In this document: positions 1 through 8,500 of the stretch, one piece after another
Layout: every line of letters begins with the position of its first letter
Numbering within the stretch: the first letter of the stretch is position 1
Source of the DNA: a virus
Taxonomy: Duplodnaviria; Caudoviricetes
Virus record (IMG/VR): IMGVR_UViG_3300044448_001990
Span: 1 to 25,203 of that record
DNA: 25,203 nucleotides
Direction: 5' to 3' (one strand)
Program-made: the position numbers and the translations under genes
The notes under the pieces: model-generated
The model's input: only the letters and a program-made list of their open reading frames with translations
What the model was told of the DNA's origin: nothing
Database searches by the model: none

Positions 1-174
1 GCCGCAAGTCCAACTTACACGCTACGCTCATGTACAATGACAGGACACAGTATGACTTTAAATGCAGATGGCGCAACAGATGAAACCTTAGAGTTTATGT
101 CTACAGTATCACCTACTACGGTTACTGGCGCTAATACATTTGATTTAGACACTTTAGTAGCAGGAGATATGTAA
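1..174 (+). CDS. 3' end of a tail-tube-like protein, paralog of 177..779 (partial, not in ORF track)
   Basis: Frame 1 reads AASPTYTLRSCTMTGHSMTLNADGATDETLEFMSTVSP...GDM*, with TAA at 172-174. It aligns by eye to FTVPNACIQSHSVTLNADGTADETMEFMSYVTP of the next gene. Confidence 0.85.
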   Translation, partial: AASPTYTLRSCTMTGHSMTLNADGATDETLEFMSTVSPTTVTGANTFDLDTLVAGDM

Positions 175-176
175 AC

Positions 177-779
177 ATGACTTATTTTTTAGGAAGAGAT
201 TTAAACGTGTACATTGGTACTGAAAGCGCATTAGGTTTAGCATGGAGTGGTACTACCGCTTCTACATTAGCAACGTCACCAGCAAATTATAGAGTATTTG
301 CTATGCCACTCGCTAGTGGAGTTAAAACATCTGCGACTAATTACGCCTTTGGTAATTTGTGTGTAGATTTAACTGGATGCGACTTATCTATTGGTGCAGT
401 AGACGAAGATGTAACTTACTTCGGTCTACGTTCAGTAGCTAAAGTTGAATCTAAAAAAGAAACAACTGTAACACTAACTAGAAAGAAAATAAATATGGAC
501 TGGGATTTAACTTTTAATAATGGATACCGCTGGGGAATATCTGGAGCAGATGACCCATGGGATGGTTTGGAAGAACCAACCACTACTCACGGTTATAGAT
601 TATTTTTAGAGTTAAAAAACGGTGCAGAAGTATTTACAGTGCCTAACGCATGTATTCAATCACACAGCGTTACACTCAATGCTGACGGTACAGCTGACGA
701 AACAATGGAATTTATGTCTTACGTAACTCCATTACTAGACACCACTGCTACTGTAACAGCAACAACTACAGGCCTATAG
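177..779 (+). CDS. Putative tail tube (major tail) protein
   Basis: 200 aa beta-rich protein directly upstream of chaperone and TMP. It shows tube-like patterns (CDLSIGAVDEDVTYFG; terminal SVTLNADG..ETMEF hairpin). Confidence 0.7.
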   Translation: MTYFLGRDLNVYIGTESALGLAWSGTTASTLATSPANYRVFAMPLASGVKTSATNYAFGNLCVDLTGCDLSIGAVDEDVTYFGLRSVAKVESKKETTVTLTRKKINMDWDLTFNNGYRWGISGADDPWDGLEEPTTTHGYRLFLELKNGAEVFTVPNACIQSHSVTLNADGTADETMEFMSYVTPLLDTTATVTATTTGL

Positions 780-797
780 ATAGGTTAGTAGTTACCT

Positions 798-822
798 GAG
801 GGGGAGGATTGACCTCCCCTTC
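798..822 (+). other. Intergenic GC-rich stem-loop
   Basis: GAGGGGGAGG-ATTGA-CCTCCCCTTC gives a 10-bp stem with one G-U pair. It is followed by an A-run rather than a T-run. Confidence 0.7.
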
Positions 823-851
823 TAACAACAAAAAAAAAGGAATTGATTAAA

Positions 852-1217
852 ATGACAGAAGAAGAAAAACAATCGACATGGAGTATAGAAGAACTTATTG
901 CATTTACTGAAGAAGTGCAACTAGGAACAGTAGAATACAGAGGAAAAGACTTTTCATTTCAATTTTGTGAATTAGTTGAAGCTGAAGAACCAAAAATGAA
1001 ATCATTACCAGATAACTTATCTGAAGATGAAAAAATGGAAAGATATACTGAAATAGGAAATAACCGAATTGTAGCTATGATAGAAAAGGCTAATAAAAAG
1101 CAACCTGCTAAAGCTACTATCATGAGTGAAAATTGGGGTATGTTACCCACATCATTGAGATATAAAATATCTAATTTCATCATGGGTATAGAGAGCTCTG
1201 ATTCAGAAAATTTTTAG
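852..1217 (+). CDS. Tail assembly chaperone (gpG-like)
   Basis: Acidic ~121 aa protein between tube and TMP that ends in a slippery heptamer. ATG 852 (AAGGAA upstream) is preferred over TTG 843. Confidence 0.75.
   Translation: MTEEEKQSTWSIEELIAFTEEVQLGTVEYRGKDFSFQFCELVEAEEPKMKSLPDNLSEDEKMERYTEIGNNRIVAMIEKANKKQPAKATIMSENWGMLPTSLRYKISNFIMGIESSDSENF
1208..1214 (+). promoter_or_regulatory. Programmed -1 ribosomal frameshift site A-AAT-TTT
   Basis: X-XXY-YYZ heptamer in frame immediately before TAG 1215-1217. The -1 frame is open (TTA GAC CTG ATG) and continues into ORF 1223..1513. Confidence 0.8.
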
Positions 1218-1222
1218 ACCTG

Positions 1223-1513
1223 ATGACGGAATCGCCTGATGCGGTATTAATATACATCCCTCTCATGAAAAATTTACACATGAGTTGGAATGATATAAAA
1301 GGAACACCTCGATTAGAACTGAGGGGGTTGTTAGCAGCCCTTAATGAATATGAATTGTTACATGCTATGGATGGTTACGATGATTCGGATATACAATCTA
1401 TGGCTAAAAACAAGCCTAAAGTGAGACATACTTGGCAACGCTATTTAAATCAGCGTGCTAGATATGAAGATATGATTGGAAAGAAACGCAATGTAAATTT
1501 TAGTGGACTTTAA
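1223..1513 (+). CDS. Tail assembly chaperone frameshift extension (gpT-like); probably made as an 852..1513 fusion
   Basis: It lies in the -1 frame of the preceding gene and directly before the TMP. The LMKNLHMSWNDIKGTP pattern resembles gpT-like segments. Confidence 0.75.
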   Translation: MTESPDAVLIYIPLMKNLHMSWNDIKGTPRLELRGLLAALNEYELLHAMDGYDDSDIQSMAKNKPKVRHTWQRYLNQRARYEDMIGKKRNVNFSGL

Positions 1514-1526
1514 TAGGTATTAAATA

Positions 1527-4500
1527 ATGGGTTTCGCAGGACAAGTTTTCGCAGCTCGTGTAGCTATAGGATTAGCCTTCCCATCTAAACAAGCAATGGG
1601 GCAGGCAAGCCAAATCATTGGCGCAGGAGCCGCAGCTCTACACAAAAAGATGAACTCTAGTTCTGTTAAAGCTGCTACTGCGAGAAAACAACACTTAGAA
1701 AAAGAATTAACAAAGCTCGAAGCACTTACAGCAAAACACTCAGCATCTCTTGATGGAAAATTAAGTAAACAACGTCAAAAATTTGTAAATTCTGTAGGAC
1801 GTATGAATATAGGGGCTAAGGTTTCTGCGTCTAAAACTAAAAGTGAATTTATCAAAACCCAAAAATCACTAGGTTCAGCTAAAACTGATAAACAGTTAGC
1901 TAATACTTTTAAAGCTGGTGATGTAGCCTTTATGGAGTTTGCTAAACATGTCAAAGCTAGGTCTCCAGATTTAATGATTAAGATTTTTGGTACTGGTGAC
2001 TTAGACGAAGTACACGAAGCTCGTATGGATTTCGGGAAATTAGCTGATGTATTACATGAAGTAGGTGAAGAAGGAGATAAAAATAGAAGAGAACTACAAA
2101 ACGTTGCTCGTTTAGAAGTAGAAAACGCTCGACGCCGTAAAACTGTAGGATTGGAAGAAATCAAGCTAATGAGAACCAAAACAGAATGGTTAAAGAAAAC
2201 TGGACAGATTAGTGGTGACGAGTATCAAAATGCTATAGAATTATTAGACGACGAAACACAAGGATATAAAGATGCATTACAGGCAGCTGAAGGTCATTAT
2301 ACTTTTATTAATGAAGGTATAAGAAGTTATGAAGAAACATATAATGATTGGGATAATAAACGAAAGAAGATGGAGAAAGATGAATTATCCATTAAAAAAT
2401 TAATTCAACAAGCTATAAAAGGTGAAGCAGATGCCATGAAATTACTTGAACAAGGTATGGCTAGAGCAGCTAGAAAAGCTTCTGAATTTGCAGAGTCTCT
2501 AAAAACTAATTTCCAAAATGCACTAAGAGAATCTATTTCAGCTTTAACTGCTATGTTTTATAAATTACAACAGAATACACAAGAATTAGTAGAATTCGAA
2601 AGAGAGCTAATGAATGCAAATTCTGTGTTTAATTTAACCAGAGATGAATTATTTAAAACTAGTGAAACTATAACACAGTTTGGACAATCTTTTGGTTTAG
2701 AAATGCAGAATGGTGCAGAAGGTCTTTATCAATTAGCATCGGCTGGTTTAAGTGCAGACCAAGCTACTCAGGTTTTACCTGAAACTTTAAAATTATCTAT
2801 GGCTGTACAGGGTGACCATAACACTATAGCCAAATTAACAACACAAACCCTTATGGGTTTCAGCATGGAAATGAATCAGGCAGCAGAAGTTACTGATAAA
2901 TTCGCACATGTTATTCAGAAATCTTTGATTGAATATGAAGATTTAACAAGTGCTGTCAAATTCGCTATGCCGTTCTTTACTGCTACCGGTCAATCAGTTG
3001 ACCAATTACTGGGTGCGTTGACTGTGTTAACCAACCGTGCACTTGAAGCAGGTATTGCAGGTCGTGGTCTAAGGCAGGCTCTCGCTGAGTTTGCTGAGCA
3101 CGCTGACAATAATGAGGCAGCTTTCTCTAGAATGGGTCTTGAGATTAAAAAAGCAGATGGCTCTATGAAGGATTTGACTGTAATAGCTAAGGAATATTCA
3201 GATATCATTGGGCCCGATGCAGCAAGCAACACTGAACTCCTTACGAGTCTTATTGAAGATTTGAATGTTCGTGGTGCAACCGCTTTTGTACACTTGGTTC
3301 AAAATGCAGATGAATTTGCTTTAGCTGTTGAAAACGTAGAAAATGCTGGTGGAGAGCTAGATGAGATGGTCAGGATTCAGAATGAATCTATGGCTTCTCA
3401 AATACAGATTTTAAAGAATAATATTCAAATGCTATTCTTTTATAATGATGGTGTAGAAAGGGCTAATGGGGCTATGAACGGGTTCCATAGTGCTATTATT
3501 GATGGAATAACAGGCTTCCAAGACCTTTTAGTAACGGGAGAAGAAGGTAATAAACAATTAACAGAGTTTGGTAAAACTATACAAGATGTAGCTGTCGAAG
3601 CTGTGCATGCTTTAACTGAGCTTTTACAGGATGCAATAAAATTCTTAGCTGGATTTTCTGGTCAAGGTAAAACAGCGCTGGGCATACTCAAAGCTTATCT
3701 ATTACCAATTAAGATATTAATGAAAGCAATTGACTTTATGGGGCCTAGAGTAACTAGCCTTGTAGTACAGTTTGCTATGTTAAATAAATTATTTAGTTTG
3801 ACAGCAGGTTTAAGAGCTACAGTAGCAGGGTTTGTAAGTCTTTATAAATATTTAACTGGCGCCACAGTAGCTACTACCGCAGAAACAGTGGCTGTTGAAG
3901 GTTCTATTGCTGCAAAAACCACGGAAATAGGGGTAAATCGAGCTTTATCCGCTTCAGAACTAGAATTAGCAGGTTCACGTACTGCTTCCGCGAGTGCCGC
4001 TACTGGTGGTGCGGGCGCAGAAATACTTTATTCTCAAAAAGGTATGGCTAAAGCAGGTAGTCACGCAGACACTTTGAAAGATTTAACACCGGGCCAAAGA
4101 AGTGTACATTTAGCTGATATGGGATATACTGGTGCCCTTACTAAATCAGGAATGCCTGACAAAAGAACCGCAAAAGGAAAGGAATGGTCTAAATTCTTAG
4201 ATAAGGGTGGTCATAAAAAGAATATTGATATAAGGAAACAAGGCGGATATGGAATGCGTTCAGGTTCATACACCATGCCTCCCGGAATGAAGTCTAAAAA
4301 CACAGCTGCCGCAATACCAAAATCAGCTGCTAAAGTAGGTCTGATGACAAGAGCCATGCAAGGATTAGTTGCTATTGGAACTGGTGCTATAGCGGTTATG
4401 GCTGCTGTTGCTGCTGCCATTGCAGCGATTGGTGTAGTTGGGTTAAATGTTATGGGTTCGTTAGAACCTACTATTCAAATTATTAAAGGATGGGGAGAAT

Positions 4501-5561
4501 CTTTAAAATGGGCTTTTGCGTGGGTAGGTATGAAGTTTGTGCAATTAGCCCAATCGCTTGGTATTTTAGGTCCAGCTATGGAAGATGCAAAGGTTACAAC
4601 TGCAAATGCTTTAGAAGAAATGAAATGGGCATTTCTCAGATGGGGTATGGGAATATCTATGTCTTTAGGTGTACTTGTTGGTGGTCTTGTCTTTATGTTG
4701 GATAAAATGTTTAAAGGTATGCATGCAGTAGTAATGGATGCTATAGGTAACAGTTATCTCACTGATGCTATCATTGGTGGTTTTTCAAACATATGGAATA
4801 AATTATTTGATGCAGAAACTGGTTGGTTACGATGGTTGACATGGACTTGGTGGTCAACTACATTGGGTGAATTAAAAACATCAATTACAGGGTATGATTG
4901 GGGAAGTCTTATACCCGATTTAACACCAAGTAGTTTTGCGATACCTGAATTTTTAACTTATGATTACTGGTTTGGTGATGATGGTCTTTGGTCTAATCTT
5001 AAAGCTGGATTCGAATTATTTAAACTAGACCCTATTGGTACAATGGTCGATATGGCTAAAATATCTATGAATGCGTTCATAGGTGTATATAATGCATTTG
5101 CTGAAACTATTAATAGTATTGAATTTGAATTTAACACTGGTGGATGGGAAGCTAAAACGATGCCTATGTGGTCTTATTCTAAAGGATGGTACGACCAACC
5201 TATAATTGGTGCTTTTGACGGTGTAGGATTCGGTGTTAATATGGCAGGAGCATTACCAATGAAAGATTTAATAGCACTCCAAACAGGTGGTTATGTTATG
5301 AGACAAACAGGTGGTCCTATTAATAATAGACAACCTTATTTAGTAGGAGAAAGGGGTCCTGAACTCTTTATGCCTAACCAATCGGGGCAAGTTATAAATA
5401 ATAGTAGGACTCAAAGTATATTAAGAAATTCTATGAATGGTGGTAACTTGAGACCTTCACAAGGTTCAGGTGAAGTTCTGTATGTAGATAGATTAGAGGT
5501 TAGAGAATCACAAATGAACAAAAGTAAAATTGCAGTAGATACATTTGCAGGAGTAGTATAA
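1527..5561 (+). CDS. Tail tape measure protein
   Basis: 1344 aa helical protein with a TP901-like core (AEGLYQLASAGLS; AGIAGRGLRQAL; IKKADGSMKDL), hydrophobic and Trp-rich segments, and a C-terminal GGP...YLVGERGPELFMP motif. Confidence 0.95.
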   Translation: MGFAGQVFAARVAIGLAFPSKQAMGQASQIIGAGAAALHKKMNSSSVKAATARKQHLEKELTKLEALTAKHSASLDGKLSKQRQKFVNSVGRMNIGAKVSASKTKSEFIKTQKSLGSAKTDKQLANTFKAGDVAFMEFAKHVKARSPDLMIKIFGTGDLDEVHEARMDFGKLADVLHEVGEEGDKNRRELQNVARLEVENARRRKTVGLEEIKLMRTKTEWLKKTGQISGDEYQNAIELLDDETQGYKDALQAAEGHYTFINEGIRSYEETYNDWDNKRKKMEKDELSIKKLIQQAIKGEADAMKLLEQGMARAARKASEFAESLKTNFQNALRESISALTAMFYKLQQNTQELVEFERELMNANSVFNLTRDELFKTSETITQFGQSFGLEMQNGAEGLYQLASAGLSADQATQVLPETLKLSMAVQGDHNTIAKLTTQTLMGFSMEMNQAAEVTDKFAHVIQKSLIEYEDLTSAVKFAMPFFTATGQSVDQLLGALTVLTNRALEAGIAGRGLRQALAEFAEHADNNEAAFSRMGLEIKKADGSMKDLTVIAKEYSDIIGPDAASNTELLTSLIEDLNVRGATAFVHLVQNADEFALAVENVENAGGELDEMVRIQNESMASQIQILKNNIQMLFFYNDGVERANGAMNGFHSAIIDGITGFQDLLVTGEEGNKQLTEFGKTIQDVAVEAVHALTELLQDAIKFLAGFSGQGKTALGILKAYLLPIKILMKAIDFMGPRVTSLVVQFAMLNKLFSLTAGLRATVAGFVSLYKYLTGATVATTAETVAVEGSIAAKTTEIGVNRALSASELELAGSRTASASAATGGAGAEILYSQKGMAKAGSHADTLKDLTPGQRSVHLADMGYTGALTKSGMPDKRTAKGKEWSKFLDKGGHKKNIDIRKQGGYGMRSGSYTMPPGMKSKNTAAAIPKSAAKVGLMTRAMQGLVAIGTGAIAVMAAVAAAIAAIGVVGLNVMGSLEPTIQIIKGWGESLKWAFAWVGMKFVQLAQSLGILGPAMEDAKVTTANALEEMKWAFLRWGMGISMSLGVLVGGLVFMLDKMFKGMHAVVMDAIGNSYLTDAIIGGFSNIWNKLFDAETGWLRWLTWTWWSTTLGELKTSITGYDWGSLIPDLTPSSFAIPEFLTYDYWFGDDGLWSNLKAGFELFKLDPIGTMVDMAKISMNAFIGVYNAFAETINSIEFEFNTGGWEAKTMPMWSYSKGWYDQPIIGAFDGVGFGVNMAGALPMKDLIALQTGGYVMRQTGGPINNRQPYLVGERGPELFMPNQSGQVINNSRTQSILRNSMNGGNLRPSQGSGEVLYVDRLEVRESQMNKSKIAVDTFAGVV

Positions 5562-8500
5562 TGAATATAGGAAAGAACACTTTTTATAAGAGATATGATA
5601 TAACAACAGAGGGTCTCGTAGAGTTACACGCCCAATATAAAGATGTACCTATACAAAACACAGATAATAATTTTAAAATTGAAGGAAAGGCTAACGCTAA
5701 TCGTTATGTAGTTTCTGGTCAAGTTGCTTCTGAACCACCACAAGGTTCAGCAGAACTAACAACTGGTTCTCTTAACTTATATGTTAGTGGTACATCCTTA
5801 TCTTCAACTACTACATTACCACAGCTATCTTTATATAAGATAAAAGGTAATGATATAACTACTAAAGAAGGAGGTTTTACATTAGCAGCAGTTGGGGATA
5901 ATGCTGAAATTGATGAAGAAAGACCTGCTACACCCGGTCAGACACAAGTATATACTACATACGTAGGTAATGGTATTGCTTATCTTACTGAAGACTTTAG
6001 TGGTAAAGAGCTTGGACAAGACATATATAGTTCATCTTTAGGTGGTAATATATTTGCGCAAGCAGAACCTTACTTAGACCCATTAGATGAAGAAACAACT
6101 CAAGCTTTATTTATAGGTGGTACACAGTCTTGGCTTGCTTCAGGTGATTTAGATGATTTAAGTTCAAATCAAGTTCTACAAAAATACTTTTCAAATCCTG
6201 ACCCAAATAATCCCGGTGGTTTTAGAATGCCTATCAAACCAAAAAATAAATCTAAACCAGAAGGATTATGGAAAAATAAAATAGATTTACGTAAAGAGAT
6301 GGAATATTATACTATATATCCTCCATTTTGGAGATGGGACCATATTAAATCTTTAGTTAAATATGGAAGAAGTTATACTGTTCCTTCCCCACCAGCAGAC
6401 GAAGGTGGCTCTGAAGTAGAACCTAGTAAGAATAACACTATTTTTAAAGATTTATACCGAACACCAAATAACAGTAACGCTGCTGAAAGTGGAAAAGATG
6501 AAAACAATGCATGGGCAGTTTCAGATATGAAAATTTCTACATCTAAAGCAAAGACTGGTGGCTCATCATTGAAATTATATCATTTATGGAATTTTTCTAA
6601 AGATAACCCTGCTTCTGATAAATTATTTGGTGACGCAGGTGGTTCTAATTCTCAATTTACTTGTGCTTATTTAGATTGTATTCCTTATCCAGTACCAATG
6701 GACCATACATTCTCTTCTGATTATAACAGTGTTGCAGCAGCTTCTGGTTCAGCAAACATGAATTTAGTTAAGCCAGAAATCAACATGACGTTTTCAGTTA
6801 CACAGTTGAATAACAATGTAAGATGGTATAATAGACTTACACAATCAGACACTGCTAGTGGTTCAAGCTGGACTATAGCGGATGCTGATAAATTTATGAA
6901 ATTCAAGGGATATTGTTCTGGTAGTGTTCAAGAATTTGCTATGAATGACCATGCATGGTCTGGTGGAAATATTGGAGCTGGACCATTAGCAGATAATGTA
7001 GACCCACGTTTAGGCGGTGCAGGTTACAAAACATTACTCAGAAACTTTACAGTTACTTTATCAAATTACCCACCAGTAAAAGGTGAAAGTTTAGATACTT
7101 TCTTAGACAGAGGAATGTCTTCTTTTTATTCTGGTACCAATAATAGTATAGTAGGTGGTTTCACTATCTCACGTACAGTAAATGAAGATACTAATCAAGA
7201 AGGATATGTTGGACCTAAACTTACAGCTCAACCATTATTAACAAGACCCTCTCATTGGATTGCTTCTGGTAATTCAGGAGCTGGTTGGACTGGTGGTTAT
7301 TTAAGTAGAGGATTACCTTTCTTTGCTACATCTGGAGCACAAGGAACCGGCGCTACAGCTAATTTATTTATTAATGGTGCTGCTTATGTTGGTTGGGATG
7401 CATCAGGACCTAGCGATGGAAACCCTGCACAGTATTATGAATCTTCAGTAGAGTTACCTATGGATGACTTTGTTGATGTTAAAATAATGTTCGACACTAG
7501 TGCTGAAAATGGATGGGGTTTTGGTGGGGAAGACTTCATGCTCCCTACTCAAGCAGGAAGAACATCTCATGCTGAAATGTGTAAAGCTTATTTTATGACA
7601 CCAACTACTAGTGGTAATATGACTGCTACTGGCGACCCTTCAACAACTTTAGATAAGGTTCCTTCTATACCTATATATTTCCCAGCTGTATCTGGCTCAA
7701 CAAAAGTATGGAATTGGACCGAAAGTCCAGAAAGATGGCCACATATAATGACTGTATGGTTAACTAATTATAGATTTTATAGTGATGACGAAACTAATTT
7801 TTCCTCTGGTAGTTCTTGGACAGGTGCTACAGCTAGTAGTGGTTTAACTACTGGAACTACAGAAGGTGGTTCTGGTACTGATGATGACCCAACTTTTTAT
7901 GTTACTAAAGCTGGTTATGGCCTCGGTAGGGATTTTCCTGTAGCTCAGGCTGGTTCCGGTAATAGTAAAGCTGCTGAGGCTTTTATAGATAGAATAGAAT
8001 TAAATAATTTTGGTACTGAAGTATTCAACAATTCTAGTGCTATGGGTGTTATGACCTTACCTATAGGTATAAAAAATAATCATATCAGAAGCCCTATGGG
8101 TGATAGAACCTCTGGTAGTATGGGACCTGCTAACGAAAGAGGAGATGAATTTTATAAACGTATAGCCCCTACTTATGTTACTATTGGTTTTGATAATGTA
8201 GCTACACTTCCAAGCGTAAATGGTAACCAAAGATATGCATGGTTAATGTGGAATGGTTTTTCACAAGCTAATTTTAAACCTAATTTACAAAACGATACAT
8301 CAACACTTCAAGCATGGAAGTCTATGGTTTCAGGTAGTAGTGGAGTTACTGCCGCTGAAGCGAAATTTGTTAATTACTATGGTGGACAATGTATGCAAGT
8401 AGGTAATTTAAATTTAGGAACGGCCAACCCCGCAGCTGCTGTAACCGCAGGATATCAGACTCCAGCATGTAAACAGGGTATAAATGTTTCTTTTGGTGCT

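Noticed and set aside
807-813. GATTGAC shared by the hairpins at 798-822 and 22874-22901
   Set aside because: It occupies different structural positions in the two stems, and a 7-mer match is weak evidence.
5280-5315. 12-bp direct repeat CAAACAGGTGGT (QTGG twice) in the TMP
   Set aside because: It is a local duplication of a normal TMP C-terminal motif, with only two copies.
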